Assembly (NCBI GenBank): GCA_000182565.2
Contig: KQ257465.1
Strand: one strand, 5' to 3'
Origin: Spizellomyces punctatus DAOM BR117
Taxonomy: Eukaryota
Length of the DNA stretch: 64,000 nt
Of the stretch, positions 48,781 to 63,244 are shown in pieces. Position numbers and translations under genes: made by a program. Position 1 is the stretch's first letter. Each line of letters starts with the position of its first letter. The notes beneath the pieces were generated by a model. The model made no database searches and was not told the DNA's origin. It saw only the letters and a program-made list of their open reading frames with translations.

Positions 48781-49204
48781 GTTCACAAAATCCCTTCAAA
48801 GCAACGTGCTGGTTCTGACACAGGATGTCGCAGTCCAGCTCAAATGAGGCTGTGAGATTACGCAACTGGCCGAAATCGATCCTAACAACACTGTTGCTAT
48901 GGTCCAAGTTTGGTAGGTGGTTGAAAATTGTGGCACGTGCCAAGCAGAACTCCAAGGTTCTATTATCTTTAACTTGGCTTCTTTTTGTACGCGAACTGAA
49001 GTTTGCCTCCGTGTTACCGGAAAAAGCTCCATGTGGTAACTTGGCGCGGACTCTTAAATTTCACACGTTTTTAATGCAAGCAAGCTTATTGGCCAGACCT
49101 TAAAAGCTTGTTTAAATACAGTACGAAAAGAAATAAAAATGATCGGCAACCTATAAAAACTAAGTTTATTTCCCACTACCTTGTTAATTTGACCATCGCC
49201 CACA

Positions 49205-50794
49205 ATGGCCAACAAGAAAATCCCACCGTTTTCGGTCGCAGAAAAGCGAGATATCATTCTCTACGTTCTCGGTATTATGTGCTACAAGTTCGCCCTTGAA
49301 TCGTACACTGGCACCATATCATCCCTCGCCCTCGACCGCTTCCCCGTTGGTAAACGGTTCTTTTACAAGGGTTTTCTGGACGGATTCAATCAAGCGGCAC
49401 AATGCGTCGGTAGTATTGCCGTGGCTCCTCTTATGAGGAGATTTCGAATTAAGAATATTTTAGCCGTTGCGATCGCAATGTTTGCCGTGATATCGTCATT
49501 GGGAATGATCATTGAAGGGGCAACTGGCGGGAAACCACCTCAGGATGGACGGAGTGCTATTGCTGGAAAATGGGATGCTCGAATTATCATCCCCATCTTT
49601 GTCGCCGCCGGCTTTTCGCATGGAACAGTGGAATTGATTCGGCGCGTCATTCCCCGGGACATTGTTGGTGGTGATGTCGTTAAACTGAAGCGCATGGACG
49701 CAATCGTCCACATCTTTTACGAAGTGGCGGGCACTTCTGGCGCCTTCTTTTCTGCATTTATCCAACTAGAAATGGGTAAAGCGTACGCACCTGTTGTTAC
49801 TCCATTCCTGTTTGCGATTGCCGCGGTGATTTGGTCAAGAATCAGACTCAACACTGCCAAACAGAATGCACTCGAGGGAATCGACCATAAGGACGTACAT
49901 ACCGGTCTCCATGCTATCGGTGCTGCCTTTGCGTCGTTCGGATACGCAATATATAAGGGAGGTCAGATTATCTTCTCCGACCGGAAGTTCTCATGGCTGC
50001 TTCTGGGGTACTCTCTACCACTCTTTTTGCATCGGTATCTCGAAAACGGATTGGCGCAGAATTACGCAAAATTGATTCTTGATCAGGCAGCATATGGTCA
50101 GATCATCGTGGGAGGATCAAACTTTGGCGAGCTTATCGGCGCTGCATTTGTTTTGGCATTCTCCACTGCTGTGAAAACACCGCTTCCCTGGTCAGTGGCT
50201 GTTTGCGGGAGAAATAGAATCGCATAGTGCTAATTATTGAATCGGAAATTCGTATCTAGGCTTCGTCTTGACGCTCTCACTCTCTCCATAACTTGGGTAC
50301 TTTGGAAAGCTGATCCCAGCGAAGTAGGGAACCTTCAAATGGCTTGGATTTTGGCCGGTATTTTTGTGTTCATCTCCTCCGGATGGGCGGCTGGGGACTG
50401 TAGTTTGTCTGCTTTCATTCAATCCAATCTATCTCGGATGAACAACACGGATCCACGGGTCTCACCGCTCGGCGCTGTTATGGCCTTTCTGTACGTCAGC
50501 TACATTATCACCTTCGCTATTCTTAATCCAGTTCTCGGCAATTGGCTCGACAGTTTGTGGAATACTCAGGGTGAGGCGGGTGCCCGGGAGTACTTTTTCT
50601 GGATCGGTGGTGTATTCTACTCCTTGTGCGGAGTTGTGATAATGGCAGCAACCTTCATTCCAAGAGGAAGCTTTGCGCTTAATCCCAAATTGGATGATTA
50701 TGACAGGGAAGAGGAAAACGATGTAGACACTGCTAATGGAGAGAAGCATCCCAACAAGAACCAGGAGATGATTGAGGAAATTGTTGCTGGTTAG
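49205..50794 (+). CDS. MFS-type multi-pass membrane transporter, 1 intron
   Basis: About 12 hydrophobic segments; ELIRRVIPRDIVGGDVVKLKRMDAIVHIFYEVAGT; GGSNFGELIGA; SGWAAGDCSLSAFIQ. Confidence 0.75.
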
Positions 50795-51071
50795 GAGCTT
50801 ATGGGGACTGTTGTTGTTTAGTTTAGTTTAGGCAAACGAGTAGAAGCCCGTTTTTTTTGTCATTTGGAATACCTCATGCGCTCAGCATTTTGCTTAGTTA
50901 ATTGATGTGTTCCTTGCGATGATTACTTCACGTGTAACCAAGCCACGCCTGTGAGAGACGGCAAACATTGTCGAGCTGCATTGAGAGCATCATGGAGAAT
51001 GCCATCACATGTGGTGTTCTAGCGGATAATGATACACGACTCTCTTCAATTCATACGCAGTAGCCCTTCAT

Positions 51072-53925
51072 ATGGAGCATATTCGTATTACAAAAGTAGG
51101 TCACACAAACTAGTGGTCGCGGGAAAGACCGGACACGATGAGAAGGATCTCTCGTGAAATACGTGCCCACAGAATCAATCTGTTTCAAGTATACATGTCT
51201 ATATTGTCAGCTCGCTACTTGGCTTATCGGATATGATGCCTAAAAAGGTTCCGGGGGTGAAGTTGGAGAAGGGACACAAAACCTTTGTCGGGACACTACA
51301 CGTCCTTGCACATCACCTACTTTTTTGCCCTGACGACACCGAAACAGAAATATGGGTATGTTCTGTACGCTCCATTGTCGAGAACAAGATGATTAGGTTA
51401 TTAGAGAGTTGGTTTTACTCACTGGACCCCATATACCTGTTATATAAGATCAGTTACTCCACTATTCAGGCCGCCGACCGCAAATTCCCCACCCCAACCG
51501 GCCTGCATCCGATCTGCATTACATGTCGCCATTTCTTCTTTGTTAAGCTTTTTATTGCGAGGGAACGCGACGCCACAGACGTTTTTGCTAGCTTACAGAG
51601 GTTGATGAATGTTTGTGAGTGTACGAAGGCAGTTCATTTACGCGTCCTCAACGTTGACCGGATTGCGATTTAGCATCAATAGAGCAGCTATATGCTTTTT
51701 CATACAAACCTATTAGACCCTTTGGGTCGAACAAAGGTTGGAGGAAATATGATCCTTACCGAGAGTTCGAGAGACTGGGAGTCGGGACAAGAACTGATCA
51801 ATGGAGATTCACCACGTTAAATGAAGCATATGAGGTGCGCCATTCATGTGCTGGCCAGATATATCTCGGCGGCCGTGAAGACAACGTGGTACTGACATTT
51901 TCGAATAGTTTTGTTCTACATACCCCAGGTGTTTGGTTGTACCGGCTAAAATAAGTGACAACGTGCTGCGATACACTGCTAGATTTCGGAGTAAAGGACG
52001 CATACCCGCATTGAGCTACTTACACCGAACCAACCTGGTGGGCATCTGTCGTGCCGTCCGTTTGGGCAGTATAGATCCCCGTTGACTTAATTCAGTGTAG
52101 GTTTCAATAACTCGCTCCAGCCAGCCAATGGTTGGTCTTAAACAGAATCGATCAATTCAAGACGAGAAACTAGTTGAAGCCATATTCGCCAGCACCACTC
52201 TCCCTTCTCCAAACGCATCGCAAAATCTTATTATTGATGCGCGGCCTACCGCCAATGCGATGGCGCAGACGGCTCTCGGAGCTGGAACGGAGAGCGTTGA
52301 TAACTATCGAGGATGCAAGATTTCCTTTTTGGGTATTGACAATATTCATGTTGTGCGAGATAGCATGAATAAGGTTATTGAAGGTACGTAACCGTAATGC
52401 ATCTTGCTTGTCTAGAGGCTTGGATTGACACACGAATTGTAGCGATGGCTTCTGCGGAAAGTGGACCTGTACCACGGGGCTTGCTTGACAAATCTGGATG
52501 GCTGAAGCACATTCGCAATATTTTGGATGGAACACTCATGATTGTCCAGCATGTTCACCTACATAATAGCCACGTGCTTGTCCACTGCAGGTATGGCTTA
52601 TTTTTCTTGCGTTGATATGCATATTCCTGACCTAGAAATATCCTTTGCGTAGCGACGGGTGGGACAGAACTGCGCAGCTTTGTTCATTGGCGGAAATTTG
52701 TCTGGACCCTTACTACCGCACGTTCGAAGGACTAGCGGTCCTTCTGGAAAAGGAGTGGTTATCATTTGGGCATAAATTCCAGGATAGATGTGGCCATCTC
52801 TCGCGAGATCATAGTGTCGTCACGGATCGCACCTCCGTGAGCGCACAATTTCAAGCCGCCAGACGGAACGTCTCAAACTCGATCACATCAGCTGCCAAGA
52901 GTTTCTTGAGCAAGAATTTTGGAGGCGGCTTAGATGGTGGGGTTAGCTTCAGTGGGTCAAATCGGGCGGTGTCATATCCTGGTGGGATGTCGGGACAAGG
53001 TGGGACGCCTCCGCCGACTAATCCGTCATCACAACCACATTCTTTAACGTCATCTGAGGTGTCGATCCCGAATACTGTCCACCCTCGAGAGGTCGCACCC
53101 GTATTTGCACAGTTTCTCGACTGCCTGTACCAGCTTTGGACTCAGTTCCCAACACATTTCGAATATTCGGAACGTTTGCTCTCAGCATTGCACCTGCATG
53201 TGTACTCTTGTCAATTTGGAACATTTTTGTTTAATTGCGAACGAGAGCGACGCAGTTATGTGGCGCCTGGAAGCAAAACCATTCAGGAAGCCACCTACTC
53301 GATTTGGGACTACATTGAAGCGAACCGTGACGAGTATGCAAACCCACATTACATATCACCTGACAATCGGCGGAAACAGGGTCGGGACCGATTAGGTTCT
53401 GGCATGGGTCTTGCGGTGGGAAGTGCCGAAGGGGCACCTGGGACCGTGAGTCCTGATGGAGAGGTTCTATATCCTAGTTCGGCGAACCTGAAGTATTGGG
53501 TTGGTTTATGTTTGAAGGAGGGACAAGATGAGATGGAGAAAGACATGGTAGATAGTGAGCTTAGGGAGAGGGAAGAGTCAGAGCGAACTGGTGGGCCTGA
53601 GAACGGTAAAGGAGAGTCGTTGAATCCGTGGGAACAAGACGATATGCCTGAAGGAAACGACGAAGAATCTGATGTTTTCGTGGAACCGGGAGACGAGAGT
53701 GAACCGCCTGTTGAGTCAATGAATGACAAAGCTACATTGACGTCTCCACTGGAGCTGCCGCAAGGATATGGAATCTATCCGCCTATCCCGAAACTTATTG
53801 GTGGCGGGAGTGGTAAGCAGACTGAGAAGGAGATGGGACGAATTTCGATGGCAAAGGATGAAGGAAAGGATAAGTCGGACGTAGCGGATCTTCCGCATCC
53901 CCTTTGGGATCCGGACCTTGGATGA
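51072..53925 (+). CDS. YMR1: Myotubularin-family phosphoinositide 3-phosphatase (MTMR6/7/8-Ymr1-like), multi-exon
   Basis: MEHIRITK start; PH-GRAM; FRSKGRIP; RSSQPMVG; IIDARP; FLGIDNIHVVR; catalytic VLVHC|SDGWDRTAQ; EKEWLSFGHKF; SCQFGTFLFNCERER. Confidence 0.93.
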
Positions 53926-54906
53926 AAGCCTCGGAAGGGCTCTCACTATATGTATCTTGTGTAAGATCTTTTTCGGCGCCTACCTGGAAATAGAAATGAA
54001 CTTTAGATGTGAAATTCTAAATCCTATCAGGAACGGTTTTATACAGTCAACCATGGCACGATGTACGTACCAAGGTCCCTTCCTGCAAACGGCTGAGTCT
54101 CTGTATCCCATTTGTTTGTGTGCCACATTTTTGCCGATGAACATGCTTGTTGCAGGATGCCTGATCATCAGGACCTGGATTCAGGAGCTCCCCATCTTTT
54201 GTGGTAATTTACTCCTTTATTTGCCGGAAATAACTGGAATTGTAACTCTTTCAACTGGAAGTCATTTTGTTTATTTTGTTTGGGCAATAAATATCAGCAA
54301 GAACAATCTCATGCATGCATATCAATGCGTGTGGAAACAATCCTTCCGACAAGAGTGGTATTCATCAACGATCGCGATATCCTGCGCTGTCGCGGCTGTT
54401 GATGAGGGCTTCCGGTAGCTAAGCCCTTATTCTATTTTCAATTTCCGGGGCTAGATTGAAAGGGTTTGATTGAAAGCATATAAACCGTTGAACCCGCAGT
54501 CGATTGATAGCGGGTACGATGAGGAGGAGAGTGGAATTCCTAGAGTTTAATGGAAAAAAGATACCCTTACTATTGAACCAATAAGCTTGCAAAATGCCAC
54601 ATTATCCAGAGCGCAATACCAGATGCATCGTTGGTTCAATCCAGGATATAGGGGTTTAGCAAGGGCAGCAGTCCCGCCATTTCGGAGTAAGCACCAGCAC
54701 CACTCTTCCCATTCCATCTCGCCCTTCAGACCTTTAACATTACAGCTTCAATTGCCACCGAGTGCACTCGCTTCAAGTGCTGTATGTGACAATTTGAATA
54801 GACGTTGCATTTGCGTTTTATCTCGAATCCAGACAGTGGCATCCATCTGATAATTTAATAATTACCGTACGCTCCACCGGAACCGGCACTTTCGGAATCT
54901 TGCCAA

Positions 54907-57338
54907 ATGGCCGCTGTAACGCGACAATCTACCACCACCCTCCAAGCTGATGCCTCACCAAATACAAGTCGGGAAGGTAGCATAGTGGAAACCGAGTTTA
55001 GTTCAACAGTAGGGGCGGAGGAGGATATGGAACGAAGGGCCACCGTAGCTTCGACAGACTCGTCAGCGTCTATGACCACTTATTCCAGTAAACCCGCACC
55101 TTCTCGTTTGGCGACATTAAAGAAACTAAGCCGATCGGCGACAAAGATGACGGAGGTGGGATTGCCTGAGGGAAAATCGAATTCCCTTAAACATTCACCT
55201 AGCACAAGCGTCGTAAGCTTGGCTGCATCAAGTGTAGCAAGTATGGATAATAATATCGAAACGACATCGTCCATGACTGCGGGAGCATCGTCGTCTCACC
55301 TCTTTGGGGTGCAGCCTGGCCAGACTCAGAGTCTATACGATTCGCATATTTTGCCACTTATGCCAAAGAAGTCCGAAGCGCGGAGTACAGACGAGGCGGG
55401 ATTACCGAATCTATACACTAGAAGGATTGCTATGATGGACGATGGTGCGTACCTTTTCATAGCAAAAAAGCTGCTGAAAGCCGCCGTTAATATTAATTCA
55501 TGTTCACTCCAGTCATTAAAAGGCTTCAAGACCCTAGAACTGGTATTGAGCTAAAGGATCGAAAGAAGATGTTCAAAATGTATCCGCGGTCATTTCTCGG
55601 CTGCGATTTGCTAGACTGGATTCAGCTTAACTGCTCATTCCTCACGCGAGATGAAGCTATGAAGTTTTGTCAAACTCTTTTCAACGAAGGATACATCATT
55701 CCAGTGGATCTGGGAGATAAATTTGTGCCGGACAGCAGTATATATATTTTTCAGGTACTGGTTTCTTGGAACTTCGTTTGATTGCTTTTTTTTTTTTGAT
55801 ATTAACGTTGAATACACATCAGACGCACTTTTATTGGCCATCGCGTGTATGGGTTCCATCTGATTTTGGTTAGTTTTCTATAATCTTTTGACTATGGATA
55901 ACGCAGCTGCCGGCAGCATCCTGACCAGAAAAAAAATGGGGTTTCTTCCTCCAGACTACACTGTGTACTTGTTGAAGCGGAACATGCGAGCGACGGCAAA
56001 ATACCTACTACATGAGTGGGAAGAGGACCGACTGATCCGGTTGCAAGATACATTTTATGATCAATGGGAAGAGATTGAGGAAACGGTTGAAAGCCATATC
56101 CTGTATGTCCCCTATCTGTTATTCTATCTTGAAGCTGCGGAAGTCATCTGAGTATCTGGGACAGGCACATGAAACGCGTCTTGACAAAGCAGGAACGTCG
56201 CACATTTCAGCTGCAGGAATTCACATTTTGGAAAGTGCATAGGCCGCTATTAATAGTACGTATGCTGGGAATATTTACCCAAGTCCGAAGACTCTGACAT
56301 TTGCATAGCCCGGAGCACCGACATTTAAAGATGGCGAGCTCAAACAAAAGGATACCAAAAATGCGCAACGAACGGAGGCAGCCTATGAGGTAGTACCTGA
56401 TTTTGTACGCATACCTATCCGTTGACAAGTGTTAACATTCGGCTCGTAGGAAACCCTGAAGGACGAGGAATTGCTTGCTTGGCTGGAAAGAAAGGTAGAA
56501 TTTTACAATATGTCGTTGTCGATGAATCGGCTAAAAATCTCGCAAGCTTCCAAAACGTGAGTAGCAGCTGTTTTCCAAATCGTTTACCGTCTGCACCAGT
56601 TCACTTTCTTTGCACGGTAGCTTGATACAACGATGCGACGTATGGCGAGCACTCGATCCAATTTTAGAACCGCCCGTGACGCACAGTAACCCGTGGCTAT
56701 CAGATGACTCGAGCATTTTGACCTTGGGCAACTCCTCCGTGCTCTGGAATGCAAAAAAACATCCATCGTCGGCAGAAATCAAAATGTGGACGTACTCGTT
56801 CCCGGAACTTATGCGGGATCCTATGGGTGTTCGGCACTTTTACGACTTTGTACAAAAGGAGTTTTCACAGGTAAGAGTTTTACCGCGCAACACGCCTTTC
56901 ATGACAGTGCTAATATAAGCTCTTCAACAGGAAAATCTAGAGTTTTATCTAAAATGCCAAGCTCTCGATTCTGTGCCCACCCGAAAAGAATTCACCGAAC
57001 GCGCCAAAACCATCTACGATGAATTCATCAAAATTAACGCCCCACGCGAACTGAATATCAACTCTTCCGAGCGCAGCGCTATCATTGCCCAATTCGACGC
57101 ACTACAAAATAATCCCAAAGAGCGATTAAGCTACTACGTTTTTGCGGATGCCCTCAAACACATCTTTGCGCTCATGGCCAAAGATTCTTATGTAAGGTTT
57201 TGTGGAAGTGATGTGGTTTCCAAGGCCTTGAGCAAGGCTTTAGAGAGGGAGAAGGATGGGGGAATGGTGGAGAGTAAAACGGGGTCAGTAGGTAAGAGAG
57301 GTGCCACAAGGAGCAGTAGAGATACTTTGCAAGGGTAA
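54907..57338 (+). CDS. R7-type regulator of G-protein signalling (DEP-DHEX-GGL-RGS), multi-exon
   Basis: DEP: LQDPRTGIELKDRK..SFLGCDLLDWI; DHEX: FYWPS..DYTVYLLKRNM..QEFTFWKVHRP; GGL: NRLKISQASKTL..DPIL..SNPWLSDD; RGS: LMRDPMGVRHF..KEFSQENLEFY..APRELNI..DSYVRF. Confidence 0.87.
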
Positions 57339-57804
57339 ATGCGCGGTCGTGGAGAGAGTGTGACAAACGAATGTGATGGACAAGATGGTGGGATTAGCCA
57401 ATCTTTTTTCTGCTTCATTTATCCCTTTCTTTTTCTCTTTGGTTGTTGCTGTTTGTGGGAGGTGGTTGTATAAGGATAATATTGGAGGTTCTTTTTGGGA
57501 TACATGTAGATGTTTTAATGTACTTTCTGGCTTTCTGGCCGGATCTGAGCTGTTCACCACCGCTGGTGCTGCCCATTGTGTCTATCATCCGTTTGCAGAG
57601 TTTGGTGAGAGGGTGCGCTGCATGCGTAACGCAAGGATGAAAAGTGTACGCGGCGATATTTAGGGATAATGAATCCAGAACACCGAAATTTACATGTAAT
57701 GACGTGTTTGTTTTGACCGGGACAGAACTTGTATGCTTGCGTTGGCAAACTTCAGTAGGTCCACACATATGCAAACAGCAGAAACACGTTTATTTCAAGA
57801 AATA

Positions 57805-59104
<1,300 letters not shown>

Positions 59105-59485
59105 ACCGTGCTCTGCCTAATGCTCCTGGGTATAATGAATGTCAGTTAGAGTACTCCTTTTGGGCGACTAGTCGCTTCCCCTTGTCCGCTAGTCATCTTT
59201 TGCAAACACTGTAGCTCTGTTGGGTGCATGTAGACGCGTTTTGCAAACATGCCGACCCCGAGCTTTTAGAGTCAACCACCAACCTCTCGCTGCCCACTAA
59301 CCTGGCAGAAATCAGTTCTTACAAGTTCTTCCTATAATGGTCGGGCGAAATGCGAGTAGTTGTCGAGTTCAATAACAACGAGATGATGGGAAGGCAATCG
59401 TGGTCCGCAACCTAGCCCACAGTCGCATTCTGCTAGTAGTCAGTCCTGCGTCACGTGTTCAGCAGGTTAGGTGACGCGTTTAGCT

Positions 59486-59499
59486 GGTGCCATGGCAAC
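59486..59499. promoter_or_regulatory. X-box-like element GGTGCCATGGCAAC clustered with TCACGTG (59451) and ACGCGT (59474) upstream of the proteasome beta5 gene
   Basis: Three motifs within 50 bp, ~350-400 bp upstream of the ATG. Confidence 0.4.
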
Positions 59500-59928
59500 A
59501 GAGGTGGTGAATGAATCAGGGATGAGATCAGCTCGCTCTCGAAACAAAGTCGTGGCTGGCACATATATCAACTACTGAGCTGGGGAACAGGGTTCCAAAG
59601 CTCATCTTTTGGGAGATAGTTTCACGAATAGGTAGTTAATACTGACAATATCTAGGGTCCATCAGGACAAAAAGAACCAAAGTCGATTATGTAGATTTTT
59701 AAAATATTTGGCGGAAAAAACGCTATATACAACTTGATGCTTTTTGAGTATAGATATGTAAATCGTGTCCCACCAATCTCTCAAACCCCACCATCACCAC
59801 AAATCCCAATCTTTTACTCTCCTACCTCCAGTAAAGCACCATGAGAGCAACCCCAAAATAAAGGCCCCCACCGTCTAAGAGAAACAAAACATTATCCCAA
59901 TTGCATCCCTTGCTTCTGTATCCTATGT

Positions 59929-61603
59929 CTAGTACATATCGTACACCTCATCCTCGCCCATGCCCTTGAGCTCGCTGACGTACAGCTCCACTTTACCGGC
60001 CATCACCTCGCACGCCACACCCAAATCATCATCATCCAAAATGGAAATCATGCTTCCATTCTTTTGTCCATCCTCATCCATGTCACGGAACGATAGCTGC
60101 GGCCGACCTTTCAAATTAAACTTTTCCTTGACACGGGTAACGAGAAATTGGTGTGTGAGGGTTGACGGGTTTACGAGAAGGAGAACTGTTCGGGGGGAAA
60201 GTGGCGGCACGCTATGAACTTTGCATTTAAGTTTGCCTTTGGTGACATCGGTTGCAGGTGAGGATGGTGTGAGGCTGTTAGGGGATGTGCTTGGGGACGG
60301 GTATGGAACACGTTGTAGCGGTTGTGGTTGTAAGGGTTGTGGTTGCCGTGGCATGCTAGTGACAGAGTCAGTATAGCTTCTCTCGATTGTACGAGTGTTT
60401 GGATAGTCCCGTTCTGGTCCACGATCGGTTGCGGCGCGAAGGAGCATGTTACGAGACGTTTGAGATTGGTAGGAAGTTGTGCTTCGCGAGAGGGTGGATT
60501 GGTTTGTGGTGATTCCGCGCGGTAAACTATTGGTGCGCTCACCCGGTGAACCGTCGTATCGAAGATCTCGGGAATCGTTGGGCAGACGCGGGGATGCGGA
60601 ACGAAGGTTGTTGCCGCCTCTGTCCCTCATAGTTGCGCTTCGCGTAGTGGTAGGGAAGCGCTCGGTTTCGGGGGGAGGGGTGGGTGCGTATCGCGGAACG
60701 GTGTTGGCTCGAGGTCGGGATGTACTATCGGTACGTCGGACAACGGTTCCGCTCCGCTCACCGAGTCGATCGGAGGTTGCCACTCCAGGATCAACGATGA
60801 CCGCACCATCAAAACCTACCCATCCACCATTTTCGCTTCCACCTGTGGCGTCTACGACAACCTTGGCATCCTTGAGGTAGCTTCGTTCTCCAGCATTACG
60901 AATCTTGGCTTCCCCAACCTCAAAGACTGCATCCACGGGCACGGTAAACAATGTCACGGTTTCCACACCCACGCGGGCCGCACGATCAATGATCGACTTT
61001 TGTTCGTCTGTACGGGAGACGCGCTGCGCATAACTAATGTCTTGCGTACATCCGACATTGTCGTTTATAGAGTGCGCACACATTGCTCGATTAAAGTGAA
61101 TCTCGCAGCGGTAAAGACGGTACTTGAGTCCGAGTTGCGAGTAGTCAATGTAATCATTTTCGCGAAGCAGCTATAGGAGAGTCAAGGTTAGCGCGGGTGG
61201 CGCGTATGGGTCACCGCGTTATGTTATGATGCTTACCCCCAAGCTCGTGGTGTAGTCTCGTTCGGCACGGTCATACGCCTCTTGCATGAACCAGCAATAT
61301 GCTCTTTGAAAGTATGCTACCGCGAGGTATGGGTCGGCGTCCAGCGCCCTCGTATAGCAAACTGCTGCGGATGCATAATCTTCGACGCGAGTATATATCA
61401 TACCGCAGTTGAAGTGTATGCGGGAGTAGTCACCAATTCGCTAAAGATATGGTATGTATAAGTTTCTTGTACACACCAGACTGCAGGAAGAGACGACAAA
61501 GAAAAATGCCTACCTGGAAAAACTCCAAGGCGCTTGTCCAGTCGCCCTTTCTATACGCGTCGAGTCCATCGGCCCAGAGAAGAACTTCTTCCTTTGACGA
61601 CAT
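59929..61603 (-). CDS. noxR: NADPH oxidase regulator NoxR (p67phox homologue): TPR + activation region + C-terminal PB1
   Basis: MSSKEEVLLWADGLDAY..; YSRIHFNCGMI; DPYLAVAYFQR; LLRENDYIDYSQLGLKYRLYRCEIHFNRAMC; TLFTVPV..VF; YLKDAKVV; PB1 KLKCKVH..LSFRD..ISILDDDDL. Confidence 0.9.
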
Positions 61604-62750
61604 GGTTCAAGAAAAAACCAAGGGCTGTCCGCAAAAAGCGCTGTTGTCTTTTGCCCTCGGACAGGTTTTTTGTCGTCGTCGTTTCCCAAGAAACACTTTT
61701 TTTGTGGGACTATGTCAAATTCACACTGAATTTCGTCCCGTGTATATAAAACACTACAGTTCCCAGTGCCAGCGCTGGTAGACAGGAACAAACACGAATT
61801 TCGAAAGAGAGAAGGCCAGAATGACAAGACCTTTTGTCACGATGAGCCTAGACCCTCAGAGAAGAAAGAAGGTTGGCGTAATCCTGGTCAGAAACCGCCA
61901 GCGTAGGGGGTTGAAATAAAAAAAAGTATGTTTTTCCCAATTTCAAGGGGTAGCCTTTGAGATTTCAGATCTGCTTGCGCAACCGCTTCTCTCGCTGTTT
62001 CGCAATGGACGGCAACGTAACGACCAGAAAACGGTTCAACTCGCAGGTTGGCCTTCTTTCTCTTACCGAGCGCAGTTGCCCAACAGAAAAAAAGAGAAAA
62101 CGGTCAATGGGGTATTGCAATAGAATTTCTCTATTAATCAGGAGGGGTTGTAGTTGTTTCATCTTTACCAACGAACCAAGGCGTCGGTTTTCTTATGAGC
62201 TATGACGCAATGCTCATCTTTATGAATCAATGTGTACCCATAGTGGATATTGGGGGTGTTTGAGCCGCAATGCAAGGGGTGTGGCGCTCTAAAAGAATTA
62301 AGGTTGTATAACCCTGCAACAATCGGCGTTTTCGGTCTGCGGGAATATCTTGCCAAATTTTCCCCTCAATTTCCAATTTTCCAACCGGTTGGAGTGAGAA
62401 GATGTAACAAGATTCTTTTGGGTTTAAGGGGGGGAGGGCTTTTGCGGCAGCTTCTAATTTTCTTTTTCCAGGCGATACACCAAATATCATACTTTGAAAC
62501 AGCTTCTGTACTCCCCCCTCCTGAACCCTTGCGTCTCGTTGGATGCTATGAGACTAAGCTTCTATGAGAGGTAGAGGGAAGGCCATGCCCCCCTTTTCTC
62601 TTTAGATGGGCCAGGGCTTGCAAGTTGCATTTTTCAACCGCCGACCCGTCGTACTCTCTCATCGTTTTTACTCTCGGCCTGCTGTTCTACCTCTAACAAT
62701 CCTTCCTGCAACACCAACGGTGAACGTAAAGTTAAAATAGAAAACTAGAA

Positions 62751-63244
62751 ATGGGTCAAAAATGGCAGCCTTCAGCGGGCGTGTGGGCTACCTATCAAGC
62801 ACTTTCTTGCGCATTCAGTGAGTAGGACGTTCTTGTCGTGCCCGTCGCTTTTGTCGGTTTCTGCTTGTTCCTAACATCCCTGTTACAATAGTCATGTTTG
62901 ATGGTGGAGTCTATTCCATGATCTATCCTTACCCGACGTTCCTGTTTTTCGTCAACAGTCCTATTCCCAAAGGCTTCATCCAACCCTTCAGTTATCCCGG
63001 CTTGATTGCGCTCATCAGCGTCCCTATCATAGTCGCCATCGAAACAAACTGCTGCAGTGCTGCGAGAAACATCAACGAGATGCTCTCCTACGTTCCCAAA
63101 GCCATCTTGTATCTGGTGCTTGCCTTGATTACGGTTACCCAACTGACGCTGGTCCCTGCCGCGACGTTTTTGCTCATGACGAGTGTTACGCTCCTGGTCG
63201 CTGCCTTCACTCCTGAACCCGCACAGACTACCATGCCCAGGTAG
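62751..63244 (+). CDS. p22phox/NoxD(Pro41)-like small membrane protein (139 aa), 2 exons
   Basis: Exon 1 62751-62817 MGQKWQPSAGVWATYQALSCAF; intron GTGAGT..CTAAC..TAG 62818-62891; exon 2 IMFDGGVYS..IIVAIE..SYVPKAILYLVLA..LLVAAF. Pattern parallels p22phox (MGQ..WA..QAL..GG..LE..Y.RA.L.L..LLAA). Confidence 0.65.

Noticed and set aside
54405-54428. Hairpin AGGGCTT..AAGCCCT as terminator or RNA gene
   Set aside because: Only a 7-bp stem, no tRNA or snoRNA boxes; expected by chance in 64 kb.
53918-54850. 166-aa and 87-aa plus-strand ORFs upstream of the RGS gene
   Set aside because: Non-ATG starts, no motif, composition typical of UTR or promoter DNA.
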